Assembly (NCBI GenBank): GCA_014728035.1
Contig: WJMJ01000105.1
Coordinates: forward strand, 1-16,293
DNA length: 16,293 nucleotides
Source: Promethearchaeota archaeon
GTDB taxonomy: Archaea; Asgardarchaeota; Thorarchaeia; Thorarchaeales; Thorarchaeaceae
Reading direction: 5' to 3'
Shown here: one piece after another, positions 10,234 to 16,293 of the stretch
How the letters are laid out: the number at the start of each line of letters is the position of its first letter
How positions within the stretch are numbered: position 1 is the first letter of the stretch
Program-made: the position numbers and the translations under genes
The notes under the pieces: model-generated
The model's database searches: none
Told to the model about the DNA's origin: nothing
Seen by the model: only the letters and a program-made list of their open reading frames with translations

Positions 10234-10856
10234 AAATCAGTAAATACCATACTAGCTTCACTGTTAAGTAAAATATCAAGAACCTGAAACATCAAAGATC
10301 TGATTTGTGGGTGTGCACCATCATCTAACCTCAATGATAATATATGACGCCATTGTCGAAAGTTGGCTGTCATAATCAATTCAGTTTTAAGACAATTCGG
10401 CAAGACCGACCTGGCATATTGTGGCGGCATGCCGTCAGATATCATTTGAGAATAAGTATTCTCCACTTGACGCATAGTATCATCAAATAATGGCTTGGTA
10501 TGATCCGAAATCTCAGGCATTATCATATCAATATCATTATACTTACAATATCTTGTCGATTCCTGCGAATATGAGCAAAGTCGGTGCCTGACTATCTCGT
10601 GAGAGATGCCACGATCAGTTATCAAATGAAACGTAGCATGTGCGTGTTCTAGAACCGATTCATGACCAAGTTTTAGTAATCTGCGCACAAATGTCTTGGC
10701 TCTATATAAACACTCTGGGCATGAACCAGTCGGTGTTTGATGGTCACATTTCATTCTATTCTCTGATTTATAACAAACCCTCCCACATCGTTCAATTAAC
10801 AAAATCGGATTTGGTGTCATTGATAGCAATGTAGCTTGTTGCTCCATGAAGTTCAT
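10221..10856 (-). CDS. thyX: FAD-dependent thymidylate synthase
   Basis: GRVCYKS, GHESVLEH, SHEIVRHRLCSYSQESTRY, ARSVLPN, ANFRQWRH...LR...AHPQIR. Confidence 0.96.
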   Translation of the reverse strand: MNFMEQQATLLSMTPNPILLIERCGRVCYKSENRMKCDHQTPTGSCPECLYRAKTFVRRLLKLGHESVLEHAHATFHLITDRGISHEIVRHRLCSYSQESTRYCKYNDIDMIMPEISDHTKPLFDDTMRQVENTYSQMISDGMPPQYARSVLPNCLKTELIMTANFRQWRHILSLRLDDGAHPQIRSLMFQVLDILLNSEASMVFTDLCSS

Positions 10857-11257
10857 CGCGACTCCTTAATAAATATGCTATTCGCTATACCCCACCGTCT
10901 TAATGAATTTTTATCTTCAACTATTTTAAAAAACGTGGTTGTACCAGGGCGGAAGAGTGGTTTGGTAATTTCTGAATCTATATTCATTATATCTTTGGAT
11001 TTCTTATATGATGACAGTATGACTAGTACGTTGTTGGATTTGATTCTATATAATTCTATATCTCGCACATGGGCATTGACAACAACTCCAGCTGGCGTAT
11101 CTAATTGTCTTATAATACCATAATCATTCTTTAGTTCTCTCCTATTGTTTATTATTGGAAACATTGATTCATCAATGGTATTATATGCCCATTTCGTGTT
11201 GCGAAACACTTTGAGGTCATCATGAAGTAATGATCTTACGATAAATTGATCTTCCAT
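10853..11257 (-). CDS. Hypothetical protein
   Basis: 134-aa ORF, ATGA-coupled to thyX. Confidence 0.7.
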   Translation of the reverse strand: MEDQFIVRSLLHDDLKVFRNTKWAYNTIDESMFPIINNRRELKNDYGIIRQLDTPAGVVVNAHVRDIELYRIKSNNVLVILSSYKKSKDIMNIDSEITKPLFRPGTTTFFKIVEDKNSLRRWGIANSIFIKESR

Positions 11258-11276
11258 TGCGATTCAAAAATCCATT

Positions 11277-11975
11277 ATGAGATTATCACGTATATATACC
11301 AACTTTATCATAATTTCCCCAGACAGCGCCATCCTAGAGAACAGAGATGTATTGTGCATATTAGAATCCAAAAACAGCACTGTGTTGCTCGATTTGGACG
11401 AAACTCTGGTGCATGTGGTTCCTATAACTACTGGATTAATAGAAGTCATGAAACGTGGTGGCACGAAACTAACAGCAACCCCAGGTAGCAAAGAATTTGA
11501 TTGGTATGAATTAAAAGAAGCATTAAACAATTATGATGGTGATGTGGTTGTAGCAGAATTTCCATATCGTGAACCATCTGTTATTGTATTTCGTCCGGGG
11601 CTATGTGAATTTCTGTCTAGACTACAATCAATGCAGGGCGATGAACTTAAAAACATAATTGTATTCTCGGCCAACATTGCAGATGATGTAAAGGTTATTC
11701 TAAATGCAATAAAAAACAAATGTGGTATTCAGTTGCAGGCGATTTCAAAAGGACAAAAATTCGACCCATCATCTATTATGGTTGATGACAATGTTGATGC
11801 CGCAGTAATGAAAATGATGGCCACTGGATTACTACCATCTATGCCGCGATATAAAAAGCCAAATGTATCTATGGATAAAATACTGCCAAGATTAGTGAGG
11901 GTGCCACCATTTAGGGGCGATTTGAACGATTCTTCTCTAAACAATATATTATCTAAAATTACACACAAGATGTAA
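11277..11975 (+). CDS. HAD-superfamily phosphatase (FCP1/NIF-like)
   Basis: LLDLDETLVH (DxDxT), FRPGLCEFL, IVFSA, IMVDDN, VPPFRGDLND. Confidence 0.85.
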   Translation: MRLSRIYTNFIIISPDSAILENRDVLCILESKNSTVLLDLDETLVHVVPITTGLIEVMKRGGTKLTATPGSKEFDWYELKEALNNYDGDVVVAEFPYREPSVIVFRPGLCEFLSRLQSMQGDELKNIIVFSANIADDVKVILNAIKNKCGIQLQAISKGQKFDPSSIMVDDNVDAAVMKMMATGLLPSMPRYKKPNVSMDKILPRLVRVPPFRGDLNDSSLNNILSKITHKM

Positions 11976-12201
11976 AATATGTGTCAACATATACTTGTAA
12001 TGCATGGATATCATGGAGCATGTGAACATCATTATATCCATAATGTGGTTTTCTTGTTAACACCATATACATATTAGGAGTCGTAATTATCATAACACAT
12101 GGCTCACCTTTTGTTATGATAATTACATCATCATATACTTCTTCCACTTGATAATGTGGAAACGGAAACAATTTTTTGATTGATTCTAAGATATCATTCA
12201 T
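11959..12201 (-). CDS. Hypothetical protein
   Basis: 80-aa ORF with a GGAGGT RBS. Confidence 0.7.
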   Translation of the reverse strand: MNDILESIKKLFPFPHYQVEEVYDDVIIITKGEPCVMIITTPNMYMVLTRKPHYGYNDVHMLHDIHALQVYVDTYFTSCV

Positions 12202-12369
12202 AATACACCTCCATATAATTATATATGTCTGTGGTAAAGATAAATTATCTTGCGTCGCAATCTAAGAATCAAAACAACCCAGGCGAATGTTATGTTTGCA
12301 ACGCCAACAACAATATCGTCATAACGCATATACATTCCCTTGTATCAAAAATATCAAAAAGGAGTAAAT

Positions 12370-12681
12370 ATGCACAAATTTACTGTATCAAAAAACGTCC
12401 AGGTTGTGTTGGATGGCCACAACATTCTATTGGAAAAAGGTGATATTATTGTCATTGAAAGCAACGTCGAAGTAGATGATAAATATTACGATAAAGAAGT
12501 GGAAAATCCAGTAGTAATGGGCAAATTTCCAAAGACAAAAGAAAGACTAAGAAGAAGAAAAGACAGGTCTCATCTAGAAAAGGACGAGTCCACAGAGACA
12601 TATGAGTATGATGACATCAACAAGCCAGATGGTGATGTGTCAGTAACCACGAATTTACCTACAAAGAAAGCCTCAGATTAG
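12370..12681 (+). CDS. Hypothetical protein
   Basis: Start moved to ATG 12370 (MHKFTVSK), which follows AAGGAG; 103 aa. Confidence 0.75.
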   Translation: MHKFTVSKNVQVVLDGHNILLEKGDIIVIESNVEVDDKYYDKEVENPVVMGKFPKTKERLRRRKDRSHLEKDESTETYEYDDINKPDGDVSVTTNLPTKKASD

Positions 12682-13217
12682 TCGTTATCAATGACATCTA
12701 TAATATAATATATTAGATCTATTCGATCATTATTAAAGTTCCATTTGGAACCAATATTTTTATCTGCCCATCCCTTGGCACTGCCACCATCTTGACCCAA
12801 TTCCTGTGACATGGCAGTCCAATCGCACACCATTTCTATAATATCAATATCAGACATACTATTAATATCATCGTGAAATTCGGGATGATGTCTATTATTT
12901 TGCACATGATGTAAACACGCAGCGTCTACTTGCGATTCAATCCCGGAAGGATATTCAAAGTCCTGGCCAGAATTTTGACATCTATAAAATTCTGTTAACC
13001 ATATATATGGCACCAATTCGACTTCATTTTGATATTTAGATTCATCGTGACTTTGCCCCCTACTAATCAAAACATCATGATCATAATCAGTACGATCATC
13101 AACCTTTTTCATATTTTGTATGACACGATCTATATGTTCACAGGTTCGATAATAAAAATAGTCAATCATTTCACTGGTAGGTTCTATAATTTGTTCACAC
13201 AATAATGATAATCTCAT
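12678..13217 (-). CDS. HD-like metal-binding protein (DUF5662-like)
   Basis: H..HDESK...HHVQNNRHHPEFH...IIEMVCDWTAMS; AAGGAG RBS. Confidence 0.85.
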   Translation of the reverse strand: MRLSLLCEQIIEPTSEMIDYFYYRTCEHIDRVIQNMKKVDDRTDYDHDVLISRGQSHDESKYQNEVELVPYIWLTEFYRCQNSGQDFEYPSGIESQVDAACLHHVQNNRHHPEFHDDINSMSDIDIIEMVCDWTAMSQELGQDGGSAKGWADKNIGSKWNFNNDRIDLIYYIIDVIDND

Positions 13218-13303
13218 CTTATCTCCTTAAAGGTACTTTTGCCCACCTCAGATACTATGAATATATCACAGCCGCATCAAATATATTATTAAGGAGATAA
13301 ATT

Positions 13304-13792
13304 ATGGATGTTGTGGCTAGATTGTCTGGTATAGTTGCGTATTCTGATGGATCTCATCAATCATTTGCTGTGATGATGGATGATGAAGGCAGAATATCAT
13401 ATAATGATAACACTGAATCTAATGACGCTATAGCACAAGCACAGGATGACACTACCTGGCTTCAAGATATGATGAATTTACTTGTGTATAATATTCCATA
13501 TCTGTTCGGTGAAAAGGGACCAGAAGACAAGCAGGTAATAAGTATGTCAGCACATTTCGCTGGCAGAATTGCATATCCTGAAACAGGAACATTCGAGGAT
13601 TGGTCAGTTGAATTCAGACATCCCAAGATAGGTGCTTGGACTCCTCTAAGCACAAGCCCTATGGCTTGGCTTGCTGCTAGTAACGCTAAGCCCAACGAAT
13701 TGAATTTAAGCTCATCATCATCTAATTCCTTATCGTCTAGTAGCTCATCCTACTCCAGTTCATCGTCTAGCTCGTCGAGTTCCAGTTACTGA
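13304..13792 (+). CDS. Hypothetical protein ending in a poly-Ser tract
   Basis: AAGGAG RBS; 162 aa. Its stop codon directly abuts the stop of the convergent gene. Confidence 0.8.
   Translation: MDVVARLSGIVAYSDGSHQSFAVMMDDEGRISYNDNTESNDAIAQAQDDTTWLQDMMNLLVYNIPYLFGEKGPEDKQVISMSAHFAGRIAYPETGTFEDWSVEFRHPKIGAWTPLSTSPMAWLAASNAKPNELNLSSSSSNSLSSSSSSYSSSSSSSSSSSY
13709..13789 (+). repeat. Poly-Ser coding tract, inverted homolog of 16025-16291
   Basis: 13763-13790 matches the reverse complement of 16144-16171 at 27/28 nt. Confidence 0.85.
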
Positions 13793-16291
13793 TCATCTAG
13801 CATTTGCATATTTGAATGGTGCTTCTGCCATTGCAAGGTAGATATATGTCTCAGAAACATTTGGATCGGTCGCAATACGCAACTTGAATCCGTTACTGAG
13901 AAAATCGATTTCGTCACCAGTGCCTTCAGCCGCAGAATTATCAGCCTCAAGCCTGTCGTTGTCTACGTTATAACCTTCACGCTTGTAATCATATATATGC
14001 CAACCAGACGTGCTATCCACAGACTTGCAAAGCACATAGGCGGGGCGGAACCCGCACCATATAAACGAACCATCGGCTGACCCATTACCCTCATAACTCC
14101 CCACTTTACAAAAACCATCAACACTAGCAAAAAGGTATGCGATATAGTCGTTAGTGTTAGCATTAGCGATATCGCTAGTGCCGAGTCCGAAAACACTACT
14201 AGTGGGTGCGGTATTCCATACAGTAGAATTACTTGATTCTGAGCCTGTGGTGTTCAGGAACATATAATACGATATGCTAGTTAAGTCTTTGTGCCACGAC
14301 CCCCAGTTCTTTGCGCCATCATCGCGGTTCTTAGTAATAATCAGTTCAGGCGTCACCCCAAGATTGTGGTTTATGGTACGGTTTGTGGCATTGCCAGTAT
14401 AGGACACAATATCAAACCCAGGTGTCGCACCCTCCTTCCACACCCATCCCACGGAATTACCGGATGGTGCGCTGTAAGTGGTCTCTGCTGCTGTCGTGTT
14501 TGACTGAAGAACTGCGCTTGTGCCGCGCACCGTATCAATTAGCTGATGATTGTTACTGTTGTCGCGATCCTTGATCCACTCAAGATAATTGCCGGTAAAC
14601 AACGCCTCCGCTGTCGTTTTGATATTAGCTCCAGTGTCGATCACAACATCAAAATAATCACTTGGATCAGCTATTGTTGGCGTGTCTAGGTTGGCAGAGC
14701 ATGGAGCCAGAAAACCAGATGGTGGTGCATATTCAAAGTTGCCATAACCATTACCGTCTGCGTTACCAGAAGTAATGGAGAATTGTGGGCAACCAAAATC
14801 CCACTGCGCATCAGACCCACCACTGTGGAAAACAATAGGAATGATCAATGATGGTAGATTAGTGAATGCCGCTCCCGTGCCAGCAGCCGGATCACCAGAC
14901 CATGTTCCATTTACACCGAACCAGAGATTTCCATTAGCTGGGTCTCCAGCAACCATTAATATATCGTTTTGACCCCAGTCGGTAAGAGTACCGCTAAGAT
15001 CGGTATATGTCGAGTCATTACAGGCTGTAGCTCTATCTGTTAGCACCCATTCCTGCGCATTAGCTCCACTACTAGTTGCGGGACTACCACCATATGCTGA
15101 CGTTCCAATCGTTGCTTGTGTTGCATCCCATACACCAGCAGCAATATTGTTGCCGACACTTGCTGTAAGGTTTTTAACCTCGAAGTAGAATTTATTATCG
15201 CATGCGAAGGAAGCTAATTGTCTACCAGTTGATGAACTCAAAGATGAACGCAGATTACCTTCAGACAGAGTGATCGCTGCGCCTACATCTTGCCATGTTG
15301 GTAGTAGCGTGCAGAAATTGTTTGTTGGTGAATCCTCAACGCTAGCAGGTCCACTCGTCACCGTCCAATCGTTGCTATTCAGGCTGTCCACACCAGTGCT
15401 GAGATCTGCAATGTGACAGGTATTGGTGCCTGTTGCTGTCTCATATGACTTGGCTACCCAATGGCCATTAGTATCCAATTCACCAAAGTTGGTAGCCGCT
15501 AAAGCGGTGCCATCAATGATATATAGATCAGACACATAACCATCGAAATACGATTCTGCTGCTGCTGGTCTGCGCCCAACGTAGTGTGGATCTGTGGAGT
15601 TATAGTATGTTGTTGCACTGTCAGCAGGATCTGTCTCAGTGGTAAAGCTTGTAATAAGCTCTCCATTGACTGTGATCTTGACCCGATCACCAGCCGTTCC
15701 GTTCGTGGTATCAAAAGTAACTACGATGTGCATGTGTGCACCTGGATCGCGGAACACAGCATTGGTCACATAATGATATGTGTAGCTACCGGTGTATTTG
15801 TAAACCACAAGTTGGTCTGAAGAGTTAAAGAAAATCACAGATTCAGCTGTACTACCAGTACCAGCACCGACAAGATATTGGGTGCTGCCCAGTGCCCCGC
15901 GTTTGACCCAGAACGATATGGTGAGTGTCGTTAAACTTCCTGCACTGCTGGGAGTCCTCGTAATATACTCGCTGCTTCCGCTATCGAACAATGCTCCTTC
16001 TAAGGTAGGACCAACTGATGTGGTGCTAGATGATGAGCTAGATGATGAGCTAGATAATGAAGAGCTAGAACTACTCGATGAATAGCTGGAGCTAGAAGAT
16101 CTAGATGACGATGATGAGTAGGACGAGCTAGATGATGACGATGAGTAACTAGAACTCGACGAGCTAGACGAGGAGCTTGAGTATGACGAGCTAGAACTAC
16201 TAGATGAGTAACTGGAGCTAGACGAACTAGATGAGGAGCTAGAGTAGGACGAGCTACTCGATGAGTAACTGGAGCTAGACGAGCTAGACGA
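13793..16291 (-). CDS. Large virion/tail-fibre-like protein (poly-Ser linker, LamG/ConA-like and SPRY-like regions); 5' end outside the window
   Basis: The frame stays open for 100 codons upstream of the track start (15991) to the window edge. TISFWVKR...HIVVTFD...FDGYVSD (LamG-like), KFYFEV...LWFGVNGTW (SPRY-like), FDIVSYTGN...HNLGVTP and a C-terminal FKYANAR typical of phage tail proteins. Confidence 0.85.
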   Translation of the reverse strand, partial: SSSSSSSSYSSSSSSYSSSSSSSSSSSYSSSSSSSSYSSSSSSSSSSSYSSSSSSSSYSSSSSRSSSSSYSSSSSSSSLSSSSSSSSSSTTSVGPTLEGALFDSGSSEYITRTPSSAGSLTTLTISFWVKRGALGSTQYLVGAGTGSTAESVIFFNSSDQLVVYKYTGSYTYHYVTNAVFRDPGAHMHIVVTFDTTNGTAGDRVKITVNGELITSFTTETDPADSATTYYNSTDPHYVGRRPAAAESYFDGYVSDLYIIDGTALAATNFGELDTNGHWVAKSYETATGTNTCHIADLSTGVDSLNSNDWTVTSGPASVEDSPTNNFCTLLPTWQDVGAAITLSEGNLRSSLSSSTGRQLASFACDNKFYFEVKNLTASVGNNIAAGVWDATQATIGTSAYGGSPATSSGANAQEWVLTDRATACNDSTYTDLSGTLTDWGQNDILMVAGDPANGNLWFGVNGTWSGDPAAGTGAAFTNLPSLIIPIVFHSGGSDAQWDFGCPQFSITSGNADGNGYGNFEYAPPSGFLAPCSANLDTPTIADPSDYFDVVIDTGANIKTTAEALFTGNYLEWIKDRDNSNNHQLIDTVRGTSAVLQSNTTAAETTYSAPSGNSVGWVWKEGATPGFDIVSYTGNATNRTINHNLGVTPELIITKNRDDGAKNWGSWHKDLTSISYYMFLNTTGSESSNSTVWNTAPTSSVFGLGTSDIANANTNDYIAYLFASVDGFCKVGSYEGNGSADGSFIWCGFRPAYVLCKSVDSTSGWHIYDYKREGYNVDNDRLEADNSAAEGTGDEIDFLSNGFKLRIATDPNVSETYIYLAMAEAPFKYANAR
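16025..16291 (-). repeat. Poly-Ser coding tract (at least 89 codons) with periodic Tyr
   Basis: Tyr at codons 9, 16, 28, 37, 49, 58 and 70 from the window edge; the alternating 12/9 spacing gives a 63-nt period. Confidence 0.95.
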
Positions 16292-16293
16292 GG

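Overview
AT-rich, densely coded segment that looks like a large (jumbo-type) bacteriophage genome; this is inferred from gene content, as no capsid or terminase gene is in view. Most genes lie on the minus strand: tRNA-Ser(UGA), two paralogous 26-aa repeat proteins, a doubly frameshifted gene, a DRB0094-type RNA ligase, an RlaP-like Pol-beta nucleotidyltransferase, a Zn-ribbon protein, a cytidine/dCMP-type deaminase, thyX, a HAD phosphatase, a DUF5662-like HD protein and a LamG/SPRY tail-fibre-like protein with a long poly-Ser tract. Main observations: (1) a ~2.03 kb GC-rich block (HTH + orphan type I hsdM) splits the nucleotidyltransferase, whose missing 46-aa C-terminus is found on the far side at 4826-4966; (2) a cas-less 4-repeat array at 9375-9567 has the architecture of a type I-E CRISPR repeat, irregular spacers, and three adjacent hairpins, one with a loop complementary to the repeat; (3) homologous poly-Ser-coding tracts in inverted orientation flank the tail-fibre-like domain. 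All family assignments come from motif recognition by eye; no searches were run.
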